Shown here: piece by piece, positions 26,701 to 40,322 of the stretch
Numbering within the stretch: the stretch's first letter is position 1
Layout of the letters: each line of letters opens with the position of its first letter
Assembly: GCA_964016885.1 (NCBI GenBank)
Contig: OZ024746.1
Location: forward strand, 85,994,001 to 86,058,000
Source: Eledone cirrhosa
Lineage: Eukaryota
Reading direction: 5' to 3'
Length of the DNA stretch: 64,000 bases
Position numbers and translations under genes: made by a program
Notes under the pieces: generated by a model
Seen by the model: only the letters and a program-made list of their open reading frames with translations
Databases searched by the model: none
What the model was told of the DNA's origin: nothing

Positions 26701-27453
26701 TATGTCACGCGTTCGTACCACGGCCTCCCACTTCATCCCCAAACATTCCTCTCACCAAAACCTAAAACTCTTATACCACGGCCTCCCACCACCACCACCC
26801 CATATATTCATACCACCGCCTCGCACCACCACCAACTCACAACTACTTACATACTCCTCCCACTACCATCTCGCACACTAATTTCACCACCTCCCACCCC
26901 TACCAACATATTCCCCCCTTCCATCTCCCCCATTACTCTCACAGTTCATCTCTACGCCCCCTCCCCCACCACCAATTCCTGCTCAGCCAATCCTCGTTTC
27001 TTGAGAAACGGCAAGATAATTTGACTAAAACAACAGCAACAACAACAACAACAGCAACAACAACAACAAAAATAAATTATTTCTTACGTATTCATTGAAT
27101 ATCGATCACTGATATAACTGGCCCCACACCCCCTCTCCACCATCTCTATCATCATCTCCACCACCTACTATCACAATTGCCAACGCTACCACTACCACTA
27201 ACAGCGTCAGCAGTACCACCACCACCACCACCACCACCACCACCACCACCAAAACCACCTGAACACCACCACCATCATCCTTGTCACCGCCACTACTATC
27301 ACAATTGCCAGCACTACCAGCGTCAGCAGCAATACCACCACCACCACCACCATAACCCCTCCCCCCCAAAAAAAACCCCACCTACACAACCACCACCACC
27401 ACCACCACTACTAGTAAAGTTTGATATAGAAAGAAAGAATGTATGTAACTTAC

Positions 27454-27588
27454 CATAAAATAGGGGACTGATCTCTCTCCATATTTTAAAGGGTCCACAT
27501 CGATGGAATTGTCCTAGAGAGAGTTCCATGTAGAATAATGGTAAACCAAGGAAGAGAAGCATGATAAAATATGGAACCAGGAAAGCAC
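27454..27588 (-). CDS. SLC6A4: Internal coding exon (TM2-IL1) of an SLC6 monoamine transporter, serotonin-transporter-like
   Basis: Encodes (G)[44 protein letters not shown](G), ungapped with SERT (human [46 protein letters not shown] and fly ...LGQFHRCG..., both recalled). Acceptor ttttgtctctacag|G, donor G|gtaagt; 135 bp, phase 1-1. SLC6 membership is secure; SERT orthology is less certain. Confidence 0.88.
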
Positions 27589-27674
27589 CTGTAGAGACAA
27601 AAACACGAGAAAAAACATTATTTTTTAAAGATATATTTTGAAACATCTGCGGCACCATATTTTAAAGAAATGGA

Positions 27675-27945
27675 ACCGCGTGCCTAGTGGTAAGGGTGTT
27701 GGTCTTACGACCATAATGTTGCGTGTTCAATTCCTGGACCGGGTTGTGTGTTGTGTTTTTGAGCAAAACAGTTCATTTCATATGGCTCCAATATACTCAA
27801 CTGAAATTGAGTACCAGCAATAGCTTGAGTTTAACTCTGCGATGGACTGGCGTCCTGTCCAGTAGGGAGTATTGTACTCTCAATCGTTTAGCACCATGGA
27901 AACCGTGCCAAGCACCGGTCTAATGAGCCGCCGGGTTCGAAACAG
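27675..27945 (+). mobile_element. tRNA-derived CORE-like SINE just upstream of the exon acceptor
   Basis: Similar to 42533-42798. Confidence 0.75.
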
Positions 27946-28454
27946 ACTTTAGAGATTTCAAAGAAAAGGAATGGGCTGCCCTCGACCATGATTAGACATG
28001 GTTTATTGACCCCTTATTCATTATTCATGGGCTTGTATCTCCTAGGTACAAGTATGGGTAGGGTGTTTTATAGAAGACTGTCGCCGAAAAATACCAGCCT
28101 CCTCTCTCCACGACACCAATATGAGTCAGAGGTCCGATGGTGTAGATAATGAAAAAAACAAAAAATAAATCACAAAAACAAAACAAAAAACAACAAAAAA
28201 ACTTAGTAATTGATACATTCTGTCCGCCGGGGCTGTGGGGGCGGCCAGCACGTGGGGCCTCATCTGCTCATAATACAGAGAGATGGGGAGGGCGAGAGAG
28301 ATGGAGGCGATGACAGTAGGAGTTCGGTTCTTCCGTGTTCGGACACATTTCTCAAATTGTAGGTTTTATGAAAGAATTGTACCATAAATTAAACAGGCCT
28401 CTGACCATTAGAACATTGTAGGCTGCTAAATCTATATTCTAGCGTGCAGCTGAA

Positions 28455-29075
28455 CCTTTTACCATTTACAATCTTTATATATATAAAAACGAGGATGTGT
28501 GTGTATCTGTGTACAACTTTGGATACCTAAGGCTTTTACAATGACCAACCGAATTTGACCAAATTTTCTGTGCACGTTGCACAGGTCGCTAAGATGGTCA
28601 CATCATAAACATTTTTCTAATCGACCCACGTTGAGCAATAAAAAATCGATATCAAAATTATCGGTAGCAAAATTGATGTAAGAGAGATAACCAACTTTAT
28701 TGACAATCCTTATAAAAAAAGGGAGATAACCAACTTTATTGACAATCCTTATAAAGAGACTGCTTATTTTGACAGGTTGGGGACAAATCATGTTCTTATA
28801 TTACTTCCTAGATGTATATTCTTAGCATAATTTCAAACCCCGAGCAACGCCGGGTAAATCTGCTAGTACTCTATATTTACTATTATATTTTCATGATAAA
28901 GGCTTTACCTCACCTAATTATCTTACATAATAATGAATCTATGACATTTTGATATTATATATTTTGAGAACAACACCTTAAATTAACGTCAATATGAGTG
29001 GCCGGTCACACCTGGTTTGAACAGAAAGAGGTGAGAGAGTTCTGGACGGATATGGCCGGTTTGAATGCTAAAGGG
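28455..29075. mobile_element. piggyBac-type MITE interrupted by a Helitron
   Basis: Left end (tgaa)CCTTTTACCATTTACA, right end ATGCTAAAGGG-TTAA; with 28472-28866 removed it aligns with the reverse complement of 14161-14383. Confidence 0.7.
28472..28866 (+). mobile_element. Non-autonomous Helitron, complete
   Basis: A|TC start, subterminal hairpin CCCGagcaacgcCGGG, CTAG|T end; no TSD. Confidence 0.85.
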
Positions 29076-30789
29076 TTAAAGTGTAATAACTTCCCTTGTG
29101 TGTTTGTATAATCGTATTTGAGATAAATAATTGTTTCTAGTTTAGGCACAAGGCCAGCAATTTGAAGAGGGAAGGGAAAGTCGATTAAATCGACTCCAGT
29201 GCATTAATGGTATTTTATTTATCGATCCCGTAAGGATGAAAGGCAAAGCTAAGCTCGGTGGGATTTGAACTCAGAACGTAAAGGGACGTAACTATATGTT
29301 GCAAAGCATGTTGTCCGACGCTCTACCGAGCACTGCCAATCCACCACCCTGCCATTGATGAATAATATTTTCGAATGCACCAACAGCTAAGATTGTTTGT
29401 CCCAAGTAAAGTTTCTATATCTCAGTTCTATAAATATTTCCATGGTCATACACCAAACAAGATGTAATTAAATACTTTCACTCACTTCCTCCGCCCCTCT
29501 TACTCTCCCCATCTCTCACTATTATAAGCAAATGGGGGTCCACTTACTGGCTGCCCCGCGGCCCCGTGCAGATAGTAGAGACGCAATATTGTTCAAGAGA
29601 AAAACAAAGGCTGATACATCTCGGCACAAGAGCCGTCGCAATACATTTTGTTCCTAGATGTGTGGATTGGAGCAACTGGTATTAATATCTACTAGCAGAA
29701 AAACGACCCTTTGGGTGGTTTTCTGCTAGCATGTGTAGTGCGCATATTGATGTTATACGCAAGTATATATGCATGTAGATATGATACATTAAATAAAATC
29801 GTAATTGACAACATACACAGAAATTGAACGAAGACTGCGTTACACTGTCTTAAGTAATCAATAACGCAATACATGATATATTAAAAAAAGACGATATTAA
29901 ATATAAACCGCATTAGGAGAAAATTAGTCACGGAAATATATGAATGTTTATTTAAACGATCGCTAACCGGAAGTGTTGACATTAGAAAATTTTAAAGAAA
30001 TGAATCTTAAAATAAACAACAAAATTATTTATATTTAATCAAGAATAACGAAATTTAGTAGATAAATTATGTAATATTCATTCATTATTTATTCAAAGTG
30101 AGTGAATTGGCAGTATTGGTAGAGAGTCGGACACCATGCTTTGTAGCATAGAGTTACGGCCCTTTATGATCTGAGTTCAAATTCCGCCGAGGTTAACTTT
30201 GCCTTTCATCCTTAGAGGGTCGATAAACTAAAGTAACCAGTCATGACTGGGGTCAATTATTGAATTTCTCCCCCAACAAGTGCTTGCCTTAGCCAAAAGC
30301 TAGAAACCAATTATTTATTTTTAATCAAAATTACAACGGGAAACAAAAACTATCTGGGAGGCATCTTTACTTTATTATAGTTTAGACTTGTATGTATAGG
30401 CAATCGAAAAGATCGTGAGTTATCAGAACCTAACATTGACCGGTGCTCACTGTATTTCAGATAAAATAACGATTTTTCTTGTTTACTTACAGTCCAATTA
30501 ACTGTTAAATGCAATGTTTTTGTTTATGTATTTTGTTAAAAATAAATAATGGTTTCTGTTTTAGGCATAAGGCAAGCAATTGTTGGGGAAGGAGAAAATT
30601 CAATTAAATTGACACCAGTACATGACAGGTACTTTATTTTATTGACACTGTAAGGATGAAAGGCAAAGCTAATCTCGGCGGGATTTGAGCTCAGAACGTA
30701 ATGGGCCGTAACTGTATGCTGACTCTCTAATGATACTCTAAAGTCTATGTTTAAAACAAATAATGTTGCGGTTTCGATAGTCTCATCTC

Positions 30790-30840
<51 letters not shown>

Positions 30841-30888
30841 TCTCTCTCTCTCCCTCTCTTTCTCTCTCTCTCTCTCTCTCGCTTCTCT

Positions 30889-30953
<65 letters not shown>

Positions 30954-31264
30954 ATATATATATATAATGGATAGAAAACAAATATGAAGAAATTTAAGAT
31001 ATTTCATTTATCTTACACGTGTTTCAACAAGAAGAGGATTAAAAAAAAGTAAATGATGAAAGATTTATTATTAACATATTAATATATAGAGATGTGTTTA
31101 TATATCTATATAATACAATCTGAACATTGACTCAAGGAATCTGTCATCAACCATAATTTCACTCAATTCACAGAGACTTCATAAAATATACTAAAATAGC
31201 CGTTATAACCAGATGCTAGGTTTAAATGACAATAACAGAAAGAGAGAAAGAGAATGCATGATGC

Positions 31265-31319
<55 letters not shown>

Positions 31320-31789
31320 ACACACGTGCTTCCCACCACATATTTACACCCTCAGCCTCCTGATTCCTCTCCCCCACCCCCTATCCACAGACGCACAGAC
31401 ACTCCGACCCACAAAAACACCCCACACCTCTACCTGAACATGCAACCCCGTTCTTCCCCCAACCCTTACTTTCACATACACACACACACACACGCACACC
31501 TACACACACACACCACCTTCAGCCCTTCCCGCTCGGACACCCCGTCTCCCTCTCCTCACTCCACCCGCCACCACCCCTACTCACCCCACACCCTTCCACC
31601 ACCTGTTTACCCCCCTTTTAATTTCAGTTTATTTTGATCATGCCTTTATTTTAAAATTTTCTCATTCCTTGTATTTTGATCATGCTTTATTTTTATTTTT
31701 TATCTTTATTTCATTCGCACCGTTTCCTTTCGCTATATGTCTCTCCACCACTCCCCTACACACCTTTTGAACTCTGTTCCCACACACTT

Positions 31790-31826
31790 CTCACCTGAGG
31801 AAGGGCTTATGCCCGAAACGTCGTCC
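31790..31826 (+). ncRNA. Minimal hammerhead motif (family F) in a PLE-like terminal repeat (~31330-31915)
   Basis: CTGAGGA-a-GGGC-ttat-GCCC-GAAACGTC with palindromic stem III ACGT and a GUC site; stem I weak (2 bp); followed by AATAAA and (TA)n. Confidence 0.65.
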
Positions 31827-31912
31827 CCCACCTACCCCCCACTCTCCTGAGCGTGAAATTAATAAACATTTATTGTACTGCCTCTCTGTTCTGTCCCTGT
31901 TCAAATTTTTCC

Positions 31913-31976
<64 letters not shown>

Positions 31977-31994
31977 GTATATATATATATACAC

Positions 31995-32162
<168 letters not shown>

Positions 32163-32163
32163 G

Positions 32164-32198
<35 letters not shown>

Positions 32199-32428
32199 GT
32201 GTATCTCGGGTTCAATCGGGGGAAACCACAGTAAGTAAAGTATTCAATACATAGTAGAGTATATAATGTTTAATATAGAAATGGCTCCTACAGGACTAAT
32301 ATTTAATCCTGATAACCCAAGCATCGAGCACTTATGTACCCGCTTCTGGCACGTAATACTCTGTATCGCACCTCTTTATACCTCCTCTTTCTATCCTCTT
32401 TTACAATACTGTAACTTTTTATTATGTG

Positions 32429-32552
<124 letters not shown>

Positions 32553-32555
32553 TAA

Positions 32556-33760
32556 TTAACGGTGCTGCGATCGAATGTGGCTTTTTAGCCCAGCCAATGA
32601 TCTTAAATGTCTTGCACAAAGTTGGCAACCATGATAAAAACATTCAATGGCAATAGCCGACTGTGGTTGGTCATCATGTACCATTACATGTCGTTTGAGA
32701 CCTCCTGCTGATCTACACTCTCTTCCACATGCTTGACAGGTATGATAAGTAGCATCTCTGACAGTAGCCTGGTAGTCAACCATTGGTCTCACTTTATGAC
32801 TGCGAAAATGACTTTAGAGCCCAGCTTTGCTGAGGCTGAGTGTTGCACAGTATGATACTTCCGAGGATTGACTACTGTTCTCAGTTGTGGTCACCAACAA
32901 CAAAGGGCCAACTATCTAAGATGGAATCGCTCCAAAGAAATTTTACCTCATACTTCTCAGAAACGAGGGACCTGGACTATTGGCAAAGACTCAAAACCTT
33001 GAAGATGTACTCAATAGAAAGAAGATTTGAGCGATACCGAATTATATACATTTGGAAAATGATAGAGCAAAAGGTGCCAAACTTTGGTATCAAAACCTAC
33101 CATTCACTGCGCCACGGAAGACGCTGCCAGCTACCACCAATCAACAAAAAGGCTGGCCAGGCAGCAAAAACCCTGCGAGAGTCAAGTCTGTTGGTTCGAG
33201 GAGCACAACTATTCAACTCCATTCTGGTACATGTCAGAAATCTATCAGGATGCAGTGTGGAATCATTCAAATTGCAGCTGGATAGATACTTAAGCACCAT
33301 TAGAGATGAACCCCACTCCCAGGATATACACAACGAGCACAAACTGACTCAAACTCGCTCTTACACATGTCAAAATTAAACAGAGAATACAACCTGGCAA
33401 CCACACCAGACTCTGAGGGTGGAGTCTTCGACTTGGCCTGAGCATGGACTCAAACTCAAATGAAATGAAATGAAATGAAATGTCAGCGCCATCATAGGAC
33501 ATTTGCTGCCTGGAAATGTGACAGCAATGCCTTTCCTGACATCCTTTTTTACTTTCTCGTATGAGATTCGGGATGCTTGAAAAGCAACTTTCCCCTCGTC
33601 TACAATCTTTCTCCATTTATTACGATCAGCAGCTACACTTTTCCATGTATCAGCATGAAACGCCATGAATCTGTCTGAGATACATTTGATGGAAACGTTC
33701 CAACTGTTTAAGGTGGTGTCGATATGGAACCCAGGTTTCGCAGGCATAAAGAAAACAAGA
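32556..33760 (-). mobile_element. RTE (BovB-like) LINE 3' part with C-terminal C2H2 zinc fingers, split by a CR1 insertion
   Basis: [27 protein letters not shown]; [15 protein letters not shown]; CQACGRECRSAGGLKRHVMVH; CQLCARHLRSLAGLKSHIRSQH. Confidence 0.85.
32840..33480 (+). mobile_element. CR1/Crack-group LINE 3' fragment with (GAAAT)n tail
   Basis: SMILPRIDYCSQLWSP...ESLQRNFT...LDYWQRLKTLKMYSIERRFERYRIIYIWK...FKLQLDRYL; tandem TGAAA tail at 33461-33480. Confidence 0.85.
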
Positions 33761-33799
33761 GAACATACACGTGTGTGTGTATATATATATGTGTATATA

Positions 33800-33947
<148 letters not shown>

Positions 33948-34140
33948 CATACGTACACTATCTCTCACACACACACAGACATACACACACACACACACTC
34001 ACACAGATATATATATTTCGCTTTTGTATTTCTTTTGCAAGTTTTCTTATCTGAAAACGTCTGCTGAAACAGATATTGTTATACTTTGGGAGTGTTATGC
34101 TGCATGACTCTCCCAAAGTATAACACTATATATATATATA

Positions 34141-35790
34141 AACCATTCTCTACCGCAAAGTTCTAGACAAATAACTTCTACCAACACATAGAAAAGAACT
34201 GGAAGAGATATCTGGACGACTGCTTCATCCTCTGGCATGAAAGTATAGATAGACTGTTTGAGTTCAAAACCCTTCTGAATGAGCTCAACACTAACTTACA
34301 ATTCACAATGGATTACAGCCATGAACAACTCCCTTTCCTCGACATCACATCAAGAAAACAAGCAACAAAATAGAAACAGACATATACTACAAACCCACAG
34401 ATTCCAAACAATACCTTCCATTCAACTCGTGCCACCCTAGACACACCAAAATGGCAATTCCTTATAATCTAGCCAGAAGGATCTGCACAATAGTTTCAGA
34501 TAAATACACATGATACACACGACTAGAAGAATAAAAAAAACACACTTATCAGCAGAAACTACCCACCATCCCTAATCACCAATGGATTCCAACGTGTCCT
34601 AAAACTAGACATCCAGGAACTCAGACACCCCAAACTCAGGAGTGAACCGCAACAAAAAACTCCACCATACATCGCCACACACAACCCCCTCAATAATGAG
34701 GCATTCGATACCATCCTCCAGAACATTCCTTTACTAAAAAGAGACCCAAGAATGAACAATATCCTCCAAACACACAACATCATAAAGAGCAAAAGACAAC
34801 CCAAATCCATAAAAAACATCCTCACACAAGACAAAATCCAACAAACCTTCACAATAAACCCTACAGTAACAAAATGCGGAACGCTCAACTGTGTCATATA
34901 CATAAATCTAATAGAAGGTTCAACATTCCATTTTAAACAAGGACAACGTTTCACAGTTAAACACAACTTTACATGTGCATCTGAAAACCTTATCTATGTT
35001 TTGACTTGCTCAGGTTGTCTAGAGCACTACATAGGACAGACAAAAAACAGCCTCCGTCAACGTATGGCCGTCCATAAATCACAAATTAAAATACAGGAAT
35101 ACAGAAAGATTGCATTTAGTGAACATATCGCCAATTGTGCTCTCAACCAACTTCCAAACTTTAAAATTTTCCCCATTTACAAATTCATAGACAACGCTAC
35201 TTTCATCCAACGCACCAATTAGGAAACATTTCATTAATAAATTTCAACCAGTACTAAATGCCCTGAAATTCGCACCTTTCTAAAACTGCAACAAACCATC
35301 AAACATTTATAAGAGTTACCTCCCTCACACCCTACCTAATCCTTTTTCTTAAATTAATTAAATATCACCCAGCAAGAATTGCTTCCCCTTGCATATTAAC
35401 TCTCTAAAAAGGGAAATCATATCAAACCACAGTCCACCATTTGCCTCCTTCGCGGAACCATGGTTCAACTAAGTACTCTTGCGATATTAACACATTTTGA
35501 ACTGCTTAACTTCAATGACTGTGCTTGTAAATAACTTTTCTTCCACATTGACTTTTTACGTTTCACATTGTGCACGTTTTTTTTTTCCTTTTTCTTTTTT
35601 CTTTTCACTTCTTAAACACTGTTTGTATATAACATTATTCTTTCTGCACCTTCTTAAACCTTGTTTGTATATAACATTATTCTTTCTGCACCTTCTGTTT
35701 AACATGTGCGACACCACACTAATACATTTCACTATCATTTGATAATGCATATAAATGCAGAAACCGGTAATAGACAATAATTAAATATAT
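34141..35790 (+). mobile_element. Penelope-like retroelement, 5'-truncated: RT C-terminus + GIY-YIG endonuclease + 3' region (decayed)
   Basis: WKRYLDDCFILW...LQFTM...LPFLDI, IYYKPTDSKQYLPFNSCHPRH, and FTCASENLIYVLTCSGCLEHYIGQTKNSLRQRMAVHK (GIY-YIG); stops and frameshifts present. Confidence 0.92.
35732..35773 (+). ncRNA. Degenerate hammerhead (family G) at the 3' end of the Penelope ORF
   Basis: TTGATAA (CTGATGA with two transitions)-TGCAT-ataa-ATGCA-GAAACCGGTA-atag; palindromic stem III ACCGGT. Confidence 0.55.
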
Positions 35791-35968
35791 AAATAGATAA
35801 ATAAATGCCATTGTTAAATAATAAATAAATCAATTAATACCTTAACACTTCACACAAAGTAAAAAATTTCGTTTTAATCATTTTCTAACCCAGAAAAGAG
35901 AGAGAGAGAGACAAAAAAAAGGAAAAAAAAATTTTTTTTCTTCCTCATAATCGTCTCTTTCTCCCTGT

Positions 35969-36019
<51 letters not shown>

Positions 36020-36095
36020 TATTCACATACATATATATACATGTATATAAATATATATATATATACGCATACATATATATATACATATATATATA

Positions 36096-36186
<91 letters not shown>

Positions 36187-36269
36187 ACAGGGTGCCCCAA
36201 AATATGTATACACATATTAATTAGAATGCTGTTGAAGTTTTTTCAGACATTGTTTTGAGTCACCTTGTT

Positions 36270-36325
<56 letters not shown>

Positions 36326-36326
<1 letters not shown>

Positions 36327-37248
36327 TAGCAGCAGTACCCAGCGTTGCCTGGGTAGGTAAAATAATATCTGCTTTGATGAAATAATATCTGCTTTGATAA
36401 AATAATATCTGCTTTGATAAAATAATATCTGCTTTGAGTCATCTATGGCCACACACAGGCCATGCGGGGGAGGGTGGTGATGACCTCTATCACTGAGAAA
36501 CGCTAATGATAGGTCGCCGTCCCTGAACAAAAAATGCAAAGTGTAAAGCTACTATAAGATGTGCAATGATAGGTTCTATCGTAGTATAAAAGTTGAACCA
36601 AATAAATTGATTTATGTGTGAGGTGGAGCCGAAGTTTCGAATTTGAATGAAATTGGTTGAAAAATGTGGGAGCTAGAGCCCAAAAGGCGAAAAATTGAGC
36701 GAAAAGGTGGTATTTTCGAATATTTAAGCGCCTGCCACGCCGTTGCTGAACAAAAAATCCAAAATGTAAAACCACTTTAAGACGTGAAATAATCAGATCT
36801 AGCGTAGTGTAAAATTTGAACAAAGTAGGTTGATTAATGTGGGAGCTAGAGCCGAAAAAGTGGAAATTTGAGTCTAAAAGTAGTATTTTTTGAATATTTA
36901 AGCGGCTGCCACGCCGTCCCTGAACAACAAATGCAAAATATAAAGCCATTACAGGATGTGCAATGATAAATTCTATTTTGCTTTAAAATTTGAACGAAAT
37001 CGGTGGCAAAATGTGGGAGCTAGGGCCAAAGATTTTATTTTTCGATACCTAAAAAAAGGTGACCTCCTATCGATTTTTATCTGCAGAATGACCCCGGAAT
37101 AAAAAAAACGATACGCTGATATATAGAAAACACTCCCCAATGATTAAACTATGAGCCTGTAAAGTTTCATGAAAATCGGTCGTAAGATGTAGGCCCCTAT
37201 AGGTAATACACAGACACACAGACATACTTAATTTTATATATATACAGA
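36326..37248 (-). mobile_element. Non-autonomous Helitron with internal ~190-bp tandem repeats
   Basis: Minus strand starts TC (tctgtatatatataaaatt) and ends with hairpin TACCCAGgcaacgCTGGGTA and CTAG|T. Confidence 0.8.
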
Positions 37249-37252
37249 TATA

Positions 37253-37368
<116 letters not shown>

Positions 37369-37369
37369 C

Positions 37370-37683
37370 ATCATGGAGAGCTTCAAGGCCACCATGAGAA
37401 TAAAGCGGAAAATCTTCAACGAACACATCTTGCCGTTGATGACGTATAGCCGTGACATCTGGGTGCTGAATAACACCATGAAGGACATACTCAGTGTCAC
37501 CCAGGGAAAGATGGAGCACATCATGTTGGGTATCACGCTGTGTGACAAGAAGAACAACACTTGGAGCCGACAACAGACTGGAGTCAGCGACATAATAAGG
37601 ACTAGCAAGACAAACAAACACAGATGGGATGGCCACATCCCGCGACTCAGTGGTAACAGATGGGTGGCCACATCTGGAGTCTA
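37370..37683 (+). mobile_element. RTE-1-like LINE 3' fragment
   Basis: KRKIFNEHILPLMTYSRDIWVL...VTQGKMEHIMLGITLCDKKNNTWSRQQTGVSDII...RWDGHIPRLSGNRW. Confidence 0.8.
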
Positions 37684-38778
37684 AGTGACAACAGATGGGC
37701 TGGCTACATCTGGAGACTCAGTGACAACAGATGAGCTGGCTACATCTGGAGACTCAGTGACAACAGATGGGCTGGCTACATCTGGAGACTCAGTGACAAC
37801 AGATGGGCTGGCCACATCTCGTGACAACAGCTGGACTGGCCACATCTCGTGACAATAGATGGGCTGGTCACATCTCGTGACAACAGATGGGCTGGCCACA
37901 TCTCGTGATAATAGATGGGCTGGTCACATCTCGTGACAACAGATGGGCTGGCCACATCTCGTGATAATAGATGGGCTGGTCACATCTCGTGACAACAGAT
38001 GGGCTGGCCACATCTGGAGACTCAGTGACAACAGATGGGCTGGCCACATCTCGTGACAACAGCTGGACTGGCCACATCTCGTGACAATAGATGGGCTGGT
38101 CACATCTCGTGACAACAGCTGGACTGGCCACATCTCGTGATAATAGATGGGCTGGTCACATCTCGTGACAACAGATGGGCTGGCCACATCTCGTGACTCA
38201 GTGACAACAGCTGGACTGGCCACATCTCGTGACAACAGATGGGCTGGCCACATCTCGTGACTGAGTGACAACAGATGTACTGGTCACATCTCGTGACAAC
38301 AGATGGGCTGGCCACATCTCGTGACTGAGTGACAACAGATGGGCTGGCCACATCTCGTGACAACAGCTGGACTGGCCACATCTCGTGACTGAGTGACAAC
38401 AGATGGGCTGGCCACATCTCGTGACAACAGCTGGACTGGCCACATCTCGTAACAACAGATGGGCTGGTCACATCTCGTGACAACAGATGGGCTGGCCACA
38501 TCTCGTGACTCAGTGACAACAGCTGGACTGGCCACATCTCGTGACAACAGATGGGCTGGCGACATCTCGTGACTGAGTGACAACAGCTGGACTGGCCACA
38601 TCTCGTGACAACAGATGGGCTGGTCACATCTCGTGACTGAGTGACAACAGATGGGCTGGCCACATCTCGTGACTGAGTGACAACAGATGCACTGGCCACA
38701 TCTCGCGACTCATTGATAACAGATGGGCTGGCCACATCTGGAGACTCAGTGACAACAGATGTACTGGCCACATCTCCG
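37684..38778. repeat. Minisatellite of mixed 28-bp and 36-bp units derived from the adjacent LINE
   Basis: Unit GACAACAGATGGGCTGGCCACATCTCGT with or without GACTCAGT. Confidence 0.92.
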
Positions 38779-38949
38779 CTGATCACAGCCAGAAATGAAT
38801 TCAAAAATGGCTAAGAATCATCACGTGGCTAGTGGTCAAAGTAGAAGGTTGTGAATGGTGAGCCCCGTTTAAATGATTATTTATCTAATTGATCTCTACG
38901 GACTACGGTGAAGAAAGACTGGGTATATTTTATCTAATAATTCTTCAAA

Positions 38950-39028
<79 letters not shown>

Positions 39029-39029
<1 letters not shown>

Positions 39030-39094
39030 ACGAAGGAAGTGTGGCAAGGAACCAGGTGGAGCTCAGCCGTCGGGGTCCTGACTCTTTTCCTATA
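39029..39094. mobile_element. Rearranged fragment of HHR family B element
   Basis: Inverted tail end (aacgaaggaagtgtggcaaggaaccaggtgga) fused to sense GAGCTCAGCCGTCGGGGTC; lies within (TA)n. Confidence 0.6.
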
Positions 39095-39119
39095 TATACA
39101 TACATATATATATAGTATA

Positions 39120-39267
<148 letters not shown>

Positions 39268-39835
39268 GTCCCGCAACCAAGGGAGTCGTAGCGATGCCTT
39301 ATTGAGATACGGCGTTCCTAGGGCATCTTATAATGGCAGAGCCCATCTCCTCTCCGGGGCTGAATACAGCAGATTTCTACCAGAAAATGATAGAGAGGGT
39401 GAGAAAAAGATGCGAGAAAGAGATATAGAGGAAGAATAATGCTGTATCCTGAAATCAGGGGGTGTTTCGCATCTTAGAATGTACCCTCTCATTCAAGTGA
39501 CCTAACTGGGGTTTATCAAACCTCAGACAGTGTCCCAGTGGTATGCATACCACTGACCACACCGGCCAGTTCTCCTCAGCCATAGATATCTAGATGTTCT
39601 TTCTGTTGCTTCCACGTTGTTTGGCTCCTCTCTAGCTTTCTCCCGTAAATATATTAGCTAAAATGATTTAGTGAAAGGGGAATGGGCAGTGCTCATAACC
39701 CCGTTTTCAAGAAGTTACTCACCGAAGAGTTACACATAAATGCACAAACATACACACATATACAGGCATAGAAACACAGACACAACCACACACAGAGACC
39801 AACACATACACCGATACAGACATACACACAGAGAT

Positions 39836-39881
<46 letters not shown>

Positions 39882-40060
39882 ACACACACTATCTTTCTGC
39901 TTCATCTTTTATTTCTCATTCTAACATCCGATGACAGACTAGTGTCGGAAATTCTTTTCCTACTATATCAAGCGTTAAACTAATATATTTCTTCATCTTA
40001 ATGGGCTGTTTGCCCTGCAGTTTTCGTTTACGTTTTGCCTATATATGTATATATATATAT

Positions 40061-40116
<56 letters not shown>

Positions 40117-40158
40117 GTATATATGTATATGTGTGTGTGTGATTATATATATATATAG

Positions 40159-40214
<56 letters not shown>

Positions 40215-40234
40215 TTTTTATATATATATATATT

Positions 40235-40322
<88 letters not shown>

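Noticed and set aside
26044-27024. 326-aa Pro/His/Thr-rich ORF (extensin- or mucin-like)
   Set aside because: C-rich minisatellite open in all three frames; starts inside a SINE.
34015-34126. Repeat shared with ~16030-16117, with CTGAAAA...GAAAC...GTT and a local palindrome
   Set aside because: The core lacks the conserved G in both copies and stem II is not formed; it may be a PLE end, but I cannot support a ribozyme call.
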